A stretch of 62,006 nucleotides of DNA, counting the filler, from Coriobacteriales bacterium (GTDB taxonomy: Bacteria > Actinomycetota > Coriobacteriia > Coriobacteriales > UBA8131): assembly GCA_031263105.1 (NCBI GenBank). It is 5 parts of 5 records of this genome, joined end to end, with 100 filler letters (N's around TTAATTAATTAA, not from the genome) between each part and the next. Parts side by side here need not be neighbours in the genome. Positions count along the whole stretch, not along the records: positions 1 to 23,589 come from JAISGJ010000192.1; 4 more parts are not named here. The stretch is one strand, 5' to 3'. Each line of letters starts with the position of its first letter. Within the stretch, counting starts at the first letter, position 1. Of this stretch, positions 1-10,054 are shown in pieces. A program made the translations under genes and the position numbers. The notes under the pieces are model-generated. The model had not been told where the DNA came from and made no database searches. It saw only the letters and a list, made by a program, of their open reading frames with translations.

Positions 1-221
1 GGCGCCGCGACGGACGACATGGCCGTATCTCGTTCCCATGGTGTTGCTCCCTACGCCCGCTTATGACCCTTTTTACTGCATTCACTGCACCCGCATGCTG
101 GCCGCAAGGCGGCCCAGTCGCGTCTAGGATACCACTATACTCCGCCACCCGCAATGACCGATTGCGCTCCACCACACGCCGTTCGCCCGTCTGTTCGCCC
201 GTTCGCCCGTTCGCCCGACCG

Positions 222-488
222 GTTACACGTCACACCCCCACCGTCATCCCGGGCCCCCACCGTCATCCCGGGCCCCCACTGTCATTCCGAGCCTGCCGAG
301 GAATCCTCGGCCGCGCCAGCGGTCGACCGCAGGCCGAAGGGCCCTGCGACCTGACGTTGGACACTGCGTGTCCAAAGATTCCTCGGCGGGGCTCGGAATG
401 ACAGTGGGGGCCCGGGATGACCGTGGGGGCCCGGGCTGACGGTGGGGGCTCGGGATGGCAGTGGGGGCTCGGGATGGCAGTGGGGGTG
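222..488. repeat. GTTAC-family palindromic element with tandem ~19-bp end units
   Basis: GTTACACGTCACACCCCCAC left end, core CTGTCATTCCGAGC...GCTCGGAATGACAG, repeated CCCCCACYGTCATCCCGGG units; right GTAAC end is lost. Confidence 0.9.
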
Positions 489-500
489 TAGAAGAAAAAC

Positions 501-1514
501 GTGTATGCGCCAAGGCGTAGAAAGTTGCATAGCAGTTGGAGTAACGAGCGCTTCGACGTGATCGCATCAGGCTCGCTGCTCGGCATCAACTACGGGGAGG
601 TCTCGTCCTTTCCCGTCGGCTATACCGACCAGATCGATATGTTCTCCCTCGATTTCGAGGAGTTCTGCTGGGCGAACGGCATGTCGAAGGACGCGCTGGC
701 GGATGTCTTGGCCCGCCTGGCAAAACATCAGCAGATTCCCGCAGCGACCCACGAGTACCTGCTCAAGCTCTATCGGGAGCACATCGTCACCGGCGGCATG
801 CCGGCGGTGCTCGCGTCGTTTGTGGAAGACCACGACTTCGGCGAGGTGCTGCGCATCCAGAAGGCGATAGTCAGCGACTACCTGGACGACATCGCCAAAT
901 ACGCCAAGGGCGCAGAAAAGGCGAAGGCGCGCGCCTGCTTCCTGTCCGTGCCGCGCCAACTGGCGAAAGACCACAAGAAGTTCCAGTACAGCGTTGTGGA
1001 GAAAGGCGGCAGCTCGCGCAAGTTCGCAGGAAGCCTCATGTGGCTCTACGATGCAGGCATGATCGACTTCTGCCACAGGCTCAAGCTCCCCGCGCTGCCC
1101 TTCGAGGGCAATGTCGACGCATCGGCGTTCAAGGTCTATATGGCAGACACCGGGCTGTTGGTGTCGATGCTCAACGAAGGCTCTGCGGTCGATGTCATCG
1201 ACGGCAACCTCGGCATCTACAAGGGCGCGATCTACGAGAACATCGTGGCGGAGGCACTGCGCAAGGCAGGGAGGAGGCTCTACTACTTCGAGTACCGGAG
1301 CCAGATCGAGATGGATTTCTTCGTCCGCTACAGACGCAAGGCGACCGCCGTGGAAGTCAAGTCCGCCGACAACAAGAAGTCCAAGTCGGCAAAGGCCATA
1401 CTGGAGAACTACGGGGTCGAACAGCTCGTGAGGCTCTCGACAAGGAATCTGGGAGAGGTCGGCCCGATCCTCACCCTGCCCCTCTACCTCGCAGCCTTCA
1501 TCGACCGCTGGTAG
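501..1514 (+). pseudogene. 5'-truncated AAA_14/DUF4143 ATP-binding protein
   Basis: Has ASGSLLG, SFPVG, LDFEEF, TGGMP, KVYMADTGLL, GAIYEN and EMDF..AVEVKS motifs. The N-terminal Walker A/B region is absent and the ORF begins right after a repeat element. Confidence 0.75.
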
Positions 1515-1704
1515 CGCGAGGGCAGCCGGGCTCTTCCCGGCCTGCAGGGAAGCGCAGGGTGACGGTCAGGCCGCAGCCTTGCCCGGAGGGCGCTTGCCCG
1601 GAGGCCGCTGTCATCTCGAGTGCGAGATCGCCTGCCATGCGCTGTGCGAGGTACAGACCCATCCCGGTGTTGGTGCCGCCGATGCCTGAGTGGCGAGAGA
1701 CGGC

Positions 1705-1896
1705 CTATCCAGCTGCGAACTCCCTGAGTTGCTGCTGTTGCTTCTTGAGTTTTCTCGCCTCTTTCTCGTGCATATGCTGTAGCTGGGACATGGCCAGCAA
1801 GCGGTCTTCAATGTCAGCCTCTTTGCTGACCGGCACAAGCGGACCGCCATAGCTGCCGGCCTCGAAATCCTTGGCCATCTGTTCGTAGTCCTTCAT
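1705..1896 (-). CDS. Small putative antitoxin
   Basis: 63 aa, ATGA overlap with the upstream toxin-like ORF. Confidence 0.5.
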   Translation of the reverse strand: MKDYEQMAKDFEAGSYGGPLVPVSKEADIEDRLLAMSQLQHMHEKEARKLKKQQQQLREFAAG

Positions 1897-2138
1897 CGCT
1901 TCCTCTTCTCGCTTACGCGATTGGCCGCATTGCGAACTCTCATTGCGTGGAACACGACCCGTTCGACATGGTCATAGGCCACCTCGACCACGTTCCCCTT
2001 GCTGTCGAAACCATACCTGAGCCTGTTGTCTGTTCCCTCTACATCCTTCGAGTCAAATGAGTTGTATATGACGCCCAGTATGTCCGCCTCCGCGATTCCA
2101 TGCCTGAAAGCGCTGTCAAGAAGCCTGAACTCATTCAC
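1893..2138 (-). CDS. Putative small toxin (BrnT/RelE-like fold family)
   Basis: SAFRHGIAEADIL...GFDSKGNVVEV...VFHAM pattern; GGAGG RBS upstream. Confidence 0.6.
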   Translation of the reverse strand: MNEFRLLDSAFRHGIAEADILGVIYNSFDSKDVEGTDNRLRYGFDSKGNVVEVAYDHVERVVFHAMRVRNAANRVSEKRKR

Positions 2139-2232
2139 ATGGGCCTCCTTTGAATGGCACGTCTCATAGTAGCACAGGAGGGGGGCAGCGACACAGGAGC
2201 AGTCACCCAGCCGCTCCTTGCTATCGGTCCCA

Positions 2233-2371
2233 TTGTTCAGACCCTACTGTCATCCGAGCCTGCCGAGGGATTCTCGGTCGCCCCAGCGGTCGACTGCGGC
2301 CAGAACTCGGCTGCTTCGCAGCCGAAGATTCCTCGCGGGGCTCGGAATGACAGTGGGGGCGCGAACACAAC
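2233..2371. repeat. GTTAC-family palindromic element (degenerate)
   Basis: CTGTCATCCGAGC...GATTCCTCGCGGGGCTCGGAATGACAGTGGGG. Confidence 0.85.
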
Positions 2372-2391
2372 GTCCCCTCCGCCTCGTTGCC

Positions 2392-3492
2392 CTACGGCCG
2401 TGTCCTCAGATACTCGGCCATGAACGGCACCGTGAGGTTCAGCTCGCCGCGCTGCTCGGAGGCGACGACTCCCGATTCCAGAAGCCTCCTCCGATATACC
2501 TGTGTATAGGCCTGTGACTCGCCTATACGTTCTTGGATGTCGCTGATACGACTGGGGCCGTCATCCTGCGCCATCGCTTCGAGGAAGCGGATGTCGGCGG
2601 CAGACAGCGGGTTCAGCACTGCCTTGTAGACGTTGTCCGCCATGTCCTGTCTGGAGACTTCGGCTGCGTTGGCCACTATAGCTCGTGTTATGTTGTCGTC
2701 ATCACCCAGATACTCAAGGATATAGTAGCCGACGAGCTGGAGCAGGTAGGGATAACCGCGCGTCGCAGCCACCGCGTCGTCGAGAGCCTCTTGATCGATT
2801 TCCTTGTTCAAGGACTTGAACGTCTTGGCAAAATGCAACCGGACACTGGTGTCTGAAAGCATGTCCAGCCGAGTCTTTCGTGCCCGATTGAGAAACGTCA
2901 GTATCTTATCGTTGAGAACAGACGATATCGAGTGCGACAGCCCCGCCATGGCGATGACGATGTTCCTGCCTTCTCCGACCAAGTGCTGATAGCTGGTAGC
3001 CAGCTCGCGCATCCTCATGGTATCAGGTTGCACCTCATCCACGAGAACCAGCACTCCTTTACCGTGTTTTTCCAGCTCCTCGCAAAGCATCGAGAGCTTG
3101 ATTCTGAACCCAAAGGTCTTGTCGGTGACCTCGTTGAACGTCAGGCCTATCGAGAAGCCGAGGGCACCCGCCGTAAATCCCTGAACAAGAGGTTTTCTTT
3201 CTGGTATAAACGGGGTTCCCTTGCGCTGGACGCCTTGAAGTATGTCATCGAGCATCTGGTCGTTGTCCACGGCGCTTGCGACGATAAAACCCCTGCGCTC
3301 GGCAAGCTCGGCGAACTCCAGCAAAAGCGCCGTCTTTCCCATGCCACGCTGTCCGATAATCAACATGGCTCGATCAGGATGTCCAGGGACGCTTTCCAGC
3401 CCTTTGAGGAATCCTTCCAGCACTGCGTCACGACCGATAATCTTATAGGGCTTATTGCCAAAGGTTGGCAGAAACGGAGGTTTTGCGACCAT
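2392..3492 (-). CDS. AAA/STAND-like ATP-binding protein with C-terminal winged helix
   Basis: Walker A GQRGMGKT, Walker B VLVDEVQ, GYPY motif, C-terminal HTH-like segment. Confidence 0.85.
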   Translation of the reverse strand: MVAKPPFLPTFGNKPYKIIGRDAVLEGFLKGLESVPGHPDRAMLIIGQRGMGKTALLLEFAELAERRGFIVASAVDNDQMLDDILQGVQRKGTPFIPERKPLVQGFTAGALGFSIGLTFNEVTDKTFGFRIKLSMLCEELEKHGKGVLVLVDEVQPDTMRMRELATSYQHLVGEGRNIVIAMAGLSHSISSVLNDKILTFLNRARKTRLDMLSDTSVRLHFAKTFKSLNKEIDQEALDDAVAATRGYPYLLQLVGYYILEYLGDDDNITRAIVANAAEVSRQDMADNVYKAVLNPLSAADIRFLEAMAQDDGPSRISDIQERIGESQAYTQVYRRRLLESGVVASEQRGELNLTVPFMAEYLRTRP

Positions 3493-3510
3493 GCTGACTC
3501 CTTTTTATAT

Positions 3511-3550
3511 TTTTTATTATCTTTTGTTATCCTTTGTTATCCTTTGTTAT
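3511..3550 (-). promoter_or_regulatory. Four 10-bp tandem repeats upstream of the ATPase gene (candidate operator)
   Basis: TTTTTATTAT CTTTTGTTAT CCTTTGTTAT CCTTTGTTAT. Confidence 0.5.
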
Positions 3551-3615
3551 TCTAGCAGGAGATCCGTCAGCGGGTCAAACGGACGTGGGACAGGCAGGGG
3601 ACCGGTAAGGCACCT

Positions 3616-3849
3616 GTCACTATTCACATTCTCACTGTCGTCCCGAGCCCGTCGAGGGATCTTCGGCTGCGAAGCAGCCGACCGCAGGTCGGAGGATCAT
3701 TCTCACTGTCATCCCGAGCCCGTCGAGGGATCTTCGGCTGCGAAGCAGCCGACCGCAGGTCGGAGGATCCCTCTAGGCGCAGTCGACCGCTTGCGCGGTC
3801 GAAGATCCCTCGACGGGCTCGGGATGACAGTGAGAATGTGACGCGTATC
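3616..3849. repeat. GTTAC-family element with a duplicated left arm
   Basis: CATTCTCACTGTCRTCCCGAGC...GGAGGATC occurs twice, then the mirror arm GCTCGGGATGACAGTGAGAATGTGA. Confidence 0.9.
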
Positions 3850-3879
3850 ATAGAAAGCGCCAGACAGTGTGAGATCCCG

Positions 3880-6330
3880 TCAGTCGACGCGCTCGTATTC
3901 GAGGGAGTCGATGGCCTGCCTGACGCTGCGGGCCACGGTCAGCGCGTAGAGGCCGAGGATGGCGGAGACGACCAGTATGGCCGCCAGAACGGAGGACGGC
4001 GTGACGGCAAGGTCGCCTATGGTCGCGCCGAGGGCCTGGACGCCTACGCTGCCGCAGACGCAGGCCAGCACCAAGGGGATGAGGAAGTAGGCGGCGACCT
4101 GCACGCGCACGGAGGTGTTGAGGCTTGCACGCCTTGCCCCGAGCACCGTCAGGGTCAGGTAGCGCCTCAGCGTCGCCTGCGCCTGGGTGAGGAACTGTAT
4201 CGCCAGCACCGTGCAGGAGATGAGCAGAAACAGGAGGGCCATGTAGATGAACGAGTAGGAGCCGGCGACCACGTAGAACAGCGTGCGCCCGAAGTTCTGC
4301 AGGTAGTTCTCGAAGTGCAGGTCGGCGGCAGAGAGACGCTCGCTCGCCTGCTGGATGGCCGGCATGAGGCCCTGCTCCTTCTGCGTCGCCTCCGGTATGC
4401 GGAAGTTCCAATAGGTGGTGGTGCTCGTTGCGGAGGCAAGCTCGTCAAAGAGCTCGTCGGGGACGATCAGTGCGGTGGTGATGGTGATCGAGCGGTCGGC
4501 GACCAGGTTCTCCGATGAAGGCGTGGCGACAAGGGACAGCGGCTTGCCGTCGATCTGCAACGCCGCCTCGCCGCCGCTTTGCGCCCGGGCTATCAGGGCG
4601 TCGAGGACGGCACCGGCGTCGGGGGAGGCGAAGTCGACGGTGGCGGCGGCGCGAGCGGCGGCGGCAGGGCTGGCGCTGCCGTCCGCGCCCGCAGCGCCGT
4701 CCGCTGCCGTAGCGCCCACGCCCGCAGCGTCCGCGCCGCCGCCTTCCGTCCTATACCCCGTGTTGACATAGAGCGCCGCCTGCGCATCACCCAGATCGAG
4801 AGGGGACCTGCCGGCCGTCTCAAGGACACGATTGTATGCGGAGACCGGGATGAGGTAGGAGAAGCCGTAATTGAAGGAGCTGTCAAATGTCAGGTACATA
4901 TGCTCCAGCATCGAAGTGTCTCCGTCTGTGGAATAGCCCTCGCCTTCCCGGTGGTAGTCGTCGATGCCCTGCCCCGCAAGGGCCTCGACCATCGACGCGC
5001 GCAGCCGCGACCAGTCAAGGCCGTGCTCGCCGTCATGCAGGCTGCCGATGCGGAGCGCATTGAGGTCGGCCACATACGAAGTCATGTCCTGTGCCGTGAG
5101 GGCCTCCTCGATTCGCGCATTCTGCGCGTCCGTGTCGGCGACTATGAGGCTGTCGGGCACCGCCTCGTCTGGGTTTTCCTGCATCCAGGCGGACACGTCC
5201 GGGTTCGGCGCCTCATCGGCAACGACCGTGAAATGGTAGACCTTGTCGCCCCCGTTCAACCCGCCCTGGGCGCCCCCGATGACGGACGTGCCCGCAGCGG
5301 CGCAGATGATCATCAGGGTCATCAGCACGGCGGCGGCCGTCACCGCAGCGGAGCGGTTGGCGATGCCCTCCTGCAGCTGGCGGAGGTTGAAGAGGGTCAG
5401 CCCCCTGCTGCTGTGCTGCGAGCGCAGGGCGAGCAGGGAGAGGAGGCGCGTGGCCCCCTTGACGCACAGGAAGATGCCGGCGATGCAGAGCGCCAGCGCC
5501 AGCGCCGTTCTCCCCAGGCTCAAAGTCGAAAAGTCCCGAGGGACGACCACGGCGGCGGCGACAAGCGAAGCGACGCCCGCCACGAGCGCGGCGATGTTCG
5601 AGCGCCCCGTCCCGGCTTTCTGGCGTATCTCCGGCTGACCTTGCAGCAGCGTGAACAGCTCGCACCGGAACAGCCGCCTCCCGTGCACCAGCAGCGCGAG
5701 CGCCTGAACCGCCGCAAAGCCCAGGGCGGTCCAGCCATAGGCCTCCAGCGATATGCTCAGGTGATGGCCGATGATGCCCTGTCCGATGAGCCGCGAGGTG
5801 ACCAGGCTGAGGAGCTCGCCAAGGATGCTGCCCAGCGCCAGTCCGGCGACCAGCGCCAGTCCGCCTGACACGAGGCCCTCGGCGAGCAGCTGCAGGACGG
5901 CCCGGCGCTTGCTCATGCCGAACATCAGGTAGACGCCGAACTCCCGGCTGCGGCGCGCCAGCTGATGGCCGTTGGCAAAGAGCACGAGGAAGAACAGCAC
6001 CCCCAGCGCCAGGCCGTAGACGACGGGCATCAAGGCGAGCAGCTTGTCGATGGCGTCGCTCTCGAAGTCGCGCAAGAAGATGACGAGGTCTTGATGCGAG
6101 AGCGAGAATATCAGGTAGAACGAGGCGATGGAGACGACGAGGGTGACGAAGTAGACGAGGTTCTCGCGGCGCGTGCGCTGCGCGTTGCGCCAGACGAGCC
6201 GCCTGAACAGGCCGGTGGGCGACGGGCCCTTGCGCGACGGGCCCTGCGGTGCGCCCTGATGTGGGTCCTTGCGCGGCGACCCTTGTGGCGACCCCTGTGG
6301 CGACCCCCGCAACGAGCCCTCAGAGGACAT
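3880..6330 (-). CDS. FtsX-like ABC transporter permease (BceB-like)
   Basis: Multiple TM segments, RRSREFGVYLMFGM and LTVLGA motifs, large extracellular loop. Confidence 0.9.
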   Translation of the reverse strand: MSSEGSLRGSPQGSPQGSPRKDPHQGAPQGPSRKGPSPTGLFRRLVWRNAQRTRRENLVYFVTLVVSIASFYLIFSLSHQDLVIFLRDFESDAIDKLLALMPVVYGLALGVLFFLVLFANGHQLARRSREFGVYLMFGMSKRRAVLQLLAEGLVSGGLALVAGLALGSILGELLSLVTSRLIGQGIIGHHLSISLEAYGWTALGFAAVQALALLVHGRRLFRCELFTLLQGQPEIRQKAGTGRSNIAALVAGVASLVAAAVVVPRDFSTLSLGRTALALALCIAGIFLCVKGATRLLSLLALRSQHSSRGLTLFNLRQLQEGIANRSAAVTAAAVLMTLMIICAAAGTSVIGGAQGGLNGGDKVYHFTVVADEAPNPDVSAWMQENPDEAVPDSLIVADTDAQNARIEEALTAQDMTSYVADLNALRIGSLHDGEHGLDWSRLRASMVEALAGQGIDDYHREGEGYSTDGDTSMLEHMYLTFDSSFNYGFSYLIPVSAYNRVLETAGRSPLDLGDAQAALYVNTGYRTEGGGADAAGVGATAADGAAGADGSASPAAAARAAATVDFASPDAGAVLDALIARAQSGGEAALQIDGKPLSLVATPSSENLVADRSITITTALIVPDELFDELASATSTTTYWNFRIPEATQKEQGLMPAIQQASERLSAADLHFENYLQNFGRTLFYVVAGSYSFIYMALLFLLISCTVLAIQFLTQAQATLRRYLTLTVLGARRASLNTSVRVQVAAYFLIPLVLACVCGSVGVQALGATIGDLAVTPSSVLAAILVVSAILGLYALTVARSVRQAIDSLEYERVD

Positions 6331-7183
6331 TGGCGCTTCCCCCGTTCAGATGGGTCATGACCGCGAGGATGCGCTGGTAGTAGTCGGCCCGCTCCTCTCC
6401 CGGCGCCTGGCGGCGCAGCTCGTGGAAGATGACGCCGTCCTGGATAAAGAGGATGCGCGAGCAGAAGCTGGCGGCATTGGCGTCGTGGGTGACCAGCAGG
6501 ATGGTGGTGCGCTCCTGCTCGTTGAGCAGGGCGAGCTTCTCCATGAGCGTGCGCGCCGAGCGCGTGTCGAGCGCGCCGGTCGGCTCGTCGGTCAGCACGA
6601 TGTCGGGTCTGCCGATCAGTGCCCGTGCGGCGGCCACACGCTGCTTTTGTCCGCCCGACATCTGCGCCGGGAACTTCTCCAGCACGTCCTCGATCTCGAA
6701 GAAGGCCGCCAGCTCGCTCAGGCGGGAGCTGATGACCGTGGCCTGCTCGTTGTGGATGGCCAGCGGCAGGATGATGTTCTCGCTGCCCGTGAGGCTGTCC
6801 AGAAGCTCGTAGCCCTGGAACAGGTAGCCGATGCGGCTCCCGCGATAGTCCGAAAGCTGTGCGTTGGAGAACGCGCTGATGTCGGTGCCCTGGAGCAGCA
6901 CCGTTCCGCTGGTGGGCCTCAGGGTGGTCGCGACGCAGTTGAGCAGCGTGGTCTTGCCCGAGCCGCTCGCGCCCATGATGCCGAGGAACTCGCCGCCGTA
7001 GCAGTCGAACGAGACGCCGCGCAGCGCCTCGGTCGCGCCGTCCCCGCCACCGAACGCCTTGCGCAGGTCGCGCACCTCCAACAGTTTCTGTGCGGGGCTT
7101 GCGGGGCTTGCGGGGCTTGCGGGGCTGGCGGGGCTGGCGGGGTTGGCTGGGCTTGCTGGGCTTGCGGGGTCGGCCATGCTCAT
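6320..7183 (-). CDS. ABC transporter ATP-binding protein (BceA/LolD-like)
   Basis: GASGSGKTT, MSGGQKQR, DEPTGALD; AGGAGG RBS before ATG 7183; N-terminal (PAS)n repeat. Confidence 0.92.
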   Translation of the reverse strand: MSMADPASPASPANPASPASPASPASPASPAQKLLEVRDLRKAFGGGDGATEALRGVSFDCYGGEFLGIMGASGSGKTTLLNCVATTLRPTSGTVLLQGTDISAFSNAQLSDYRGSRIGYLFQGYELLDSLTGSENIILPLAIHNEQATVISSRLSELAAFFEIEDVLEKFPAQMSGGQKQRVAAARALIGRPDIVLTDEPTGALDTRSARTLMEKLALLNEQERTTILLVTHDANAASFCSRILFIQDGVIFHELRRQAPGEERADYYQRILAVMTHLNGGSANVL

Positions 7184-7313
7184 GCGTGCCGCCTCCTTAG
7201 GGTCCGACGTGTGCTGACAGACGTGTGCTGACAGTGTTGACAGGGGCCTACGGCCTGCCAAAGGCCTGCCGACGACCCGACACAAGCCTACCTCACCTGC
7301 GCCCCAAGCGCCA

Positions 7314-7330
7314 CTTACGGTTGTTGTAAG
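7314..7330. promoter_or_regulatory. Possible BceR-like response-regulator box
   Basis: Inverted repeat CTTAC-N7-GTAAG upstream of the Bce-like operon; spacing is 1 nt longer than the usual BceR box. Confidence 0.35.
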
Positions 7331-7352
7331 ATACGCCCGCCTCCCGCTCCCC

Positions 7353-7673
7353 GTAACTGGTCACACCCTCCACGGACACCCCCACTGCCACCCCGGCCCC
7401 CCCCAGAGCCCCCCGCCCCCCCCCGCCGAAAGCCGCCCGCCGCCGCAGGCCCCGCCGCGGGCGCGGGACGACGCACCGGCCGGGGGCCGCCGTGGATTCT
7501 TTGGCCCCGCCGGGTCCAACGGCAGGTCGGAGGGCCCTTCGACCTGCGGTCGACCGCTGGCGCGGTCGAGGATTCCTCGACAGGCTCGGAATGACAGTGG
7601 GGGCTCGGAATGACAGTGGGGGGCCGGGGTGGCAGTGGGGGGCCGGGGTGGCAGTGGGGGTGTGAACTGTAAC
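7353..7673. mobile_element. GTTAC-family MITE-like element, 8-bp TSD CGCTCCCC
   Basis: CGCTCCCC at 7345-7352 and 7674-7681; left half degraded or low quality. Confidence 0.8.
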
Positions 7674-7862
7674 CGCTCCCCTGTCTCAGACGCGCTTATC
7701 CCTCCCCCTGCGGCTTCCTGTGCGGCTCTCCTTGTAATCCCCTGGTCTATGCAGTATGTTAAAGGGGTGCATTCGTCGATTATGCTTCAAATGCACGCAC
7801 GACAGACATGAGGCGACAGGCTCGGGCAGCGGGCCCGTCGCAAGAGCAAGGCATACGGTTTT

Positions 7863-10007
7863 TTGGGCAGCACCGCACCACATCAAAGGGACCCGCAGGA
7901 CGATTCGCGGGTCATGCGCCTCATCTATGGCATCCTGCACCATCGAAAGGCGGTCATCCTCGGATTCGCCTTGTTCACCGCGCTGTGCGTCGCATGCATG
8001 CCGCTGGTGCACGTGAACTTCGACCTCACGAGCTATCTTCCCAAGGAGACACGCTCCACCGAGTCATTGAACCTGATGAGAGAGGCGTATGGGACAGGGA
8101 TTCCCAATGCCCGCCTCTACGCCGAGGGCCTCCCGTTGCCGGAGGCGTCAAAGCTTGCCGACGACCTCCGCAGAATCGACGGCGTCAAAGACGTCCTCTG
8201 GCTTGGGAGCCAAGCCGACGTCCTCCAGCCGTTGGAGATGCTCGATCAGGGCACCGTCGCATCCTGGATGAGCGACAAGGGCTTCCTTTACCGGCTCACC
8301 ATCGACAGCGGCAAGGCGGCAGGCGCGCTTGTCGAGGCGCGTGCAGCGGCGCTCGCCCACAACGCGACCGGCGTTGCCCTGTCCGGCGAGGCGGTCAACA
8401 GTGACAGCGCCCAGAAGAGCGCCTCGGCGGAGGTCGCCTACATCCTGCTCATGGCCCTTGTCATCATCGTCGTCATCGTCTCGCTCACGTCCGCGTCATG
8501 GTTCGAGTGGGTGGTCTTCCTCCTCGTCCTTGCCATGGCGATCGCGATGAACATGGGAACGAACATCTTCAAAGGGGAGATATCCTTCATCACCCAGATC
8601 TGCGCCGCAGTGCTCCAGCTTGCGGTGTCGATGGATTACGCCGTCGTCATGCTCCATACCTTCCGGCGCAACCAGCAACGATACCCTGAAGACCCCGTGA
8701 GAGCCATGGCCCACGCCATGCGTCAGGGCTTCTCCGTGGTGCTCTCGTCCGCTGCGGTCACCTTCTTCGGCTTCCTCTCGCTTTGCATCATGTCGTTCCT
8801 CATCGGTGCCGACATGGGCATCGTGCTTGCCAAGGGGATATTCTTCAGCTTCGTCAGCGTGATGTTCCTCATGCCCTGCATCATCCTCGCCTGCCTGAAG
8901 CCCCTGCAGCGCTTCGAGCACCGAAGCCTCCTTCCCTCGTTCGAGCGCTTCGGCGCCTGGTGCACACGGCTGATGATCCCCCTGTCGGTCATCATCTGCA
9001 TCGTCGTCGTGCCCGCCTACCTTGCGCAGCACCGGATCGACTTCACCTATGGGGCATCGGGGATGGTCGAGGCACAGAGCGAGACGGGGCGCGAGGCGAC
9101 GGCGATAGACGATGCCTTCGAGCCCTCGGCGACGTGGGTCATGCTCGTGCCGGAAGGGAGATGGGCCCAAGAGAAGGCCCTGATACAGGAGCTGGAGTCG
9201 TTACCGAAGGTCAAGGGCGTCACCTCCTATGCGAACACCGTCAGCGAACTGATCCCGCCCGAGATGGTTCCAGAATCGCAGCGCTCCCAGCTCATCTCCA
9301 AAGGCTACTCGCGCATCATCATCCAAACCGTCCTCGATCCCAACAGCAAAGCCGACTATGGCATGGTCGAGGAGGTCTTGCGGCTCGGGGAGGCCCATTA
9401 CGGCGACGAGAGCCACCTCGCAGGGGCACAGGTCTCGGAGCACGACCTGAAGGTGACGACCCAGGCCGACTCGGGACGGGTCAGGCTCTTCTCCCTGCTC
9501 GCCATCGCATTCGTCCTCATGATCACGTTCAGGAGCCTGTCGATTCCCCTGATCGTGCTGATTCCTATCGAGATAGCGATCTGGATAAACATGGCGGTGC
9601 CCTATTTCGCCGGACAAAGCCTCAACTACATCGGATACCTGGTCATCGACGCGGTCCAACTCGGAGCCTCGGTGGACTACGCCATCATCTTCACTCGCGA
9701 ATATCTCGAGCAAAGACGTGCGCGGCCTCCCTTGCAAGCGGCCAGGGCCGCCGTCTCGCGAGCGGCCATCATGATCATCACGTCAGCGCTCATACTGACG
9801 GTCGCAGGCCTGTCGATCTTCTTCATCGCCTCCAACACCCTCATCTCCGAGATAGGAATGCTCGTCGGCCGAGGCGCCTTCATCTCGATGCTGATGATGT
9901 TCACGCTGCTGCCGCTGCTCTTCGTCCTCTGCGATTGGATTGTCAGGCACACGTCTTTAGGAGCCGGGTTCTTCGAAAAGAAGAAACAGGGAGATGTGAC
10001 TGTGTAA
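7863..10007 (+). CDS. MMPL/RND family transporter
   Basis: Two repeats of TM + soluble domain; LQLAVSMDYAV and VQLGASVDYAI motifs; start uncertain (7863 or 7914). Confidence 0.9.
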   Translation: MGSTAPHQRDPQDDSRVMRLIYGILHHRKAVILGFALFTALCVACMPLVHVNFDLTSYLPKETRSTESLNLMREAYGTGIPNARLYAEGLPLPEASKLADDLRRIDGVKDVLWLGSQADVLQPLEMLDQGTVASWMSDKGFLYRLTIDSGKAAGALVEARAAALAHNATGVALSGEAVNSDSAQKSASAEVAYILLMALVIIVVIVSLTSASWFEWVVFLLVLAMAIAMNMGTNIFKGEISFITQICAAVLQLAVSMDYAVVMLHTFRRNQQRYPEDPVRAMAHAMRQGFSVVLSSAAVTFFGFLSLCIMSFLIGADMGIVLAKGIFFSFVSVMFLMPCIILACLKPLQRFEHRSLLPSFERFGAWCTRLMIPLSVIICIVVVPAYLAQHRIDFTYGASGMVEAQSETGREATAIDDAFEPSATWVMLVPEGRWAQEKALIQELESLPKVKGVTSYANTVSELIPPEMVPESQRSQLISKGYSRIIIQTVLDPNSKADYGMVEEVLRLGEAHYGDESHLAGAQVSEHDLKVTTQADSGRVRLFSLLAIAFVLMITFRSLSIPLIVLIPIEIAIWINMAVPYFAGQSLNYIGYLVIDAVQLGASVDYAIIFTREYLEQRRARPPLQAARAAVSRAAIMIITSALILTVAGLSIFFIASNTLISEIGMLVGRGAFISMLMMFTLLPLLFVLCDWIVRHTSLGAGFFEKKKQGDVTV

Positions 10008-10054
10008 CGCAGTCTGTGACGCAGCCTCCTGACGGTTCTCTCCGCTGTCGCGGC

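Noticed and set aside
178..217. GTTCGCCC 8-bp micro-repeat
   Set aside because: Short, imperfect and intergenic; no evidence of function
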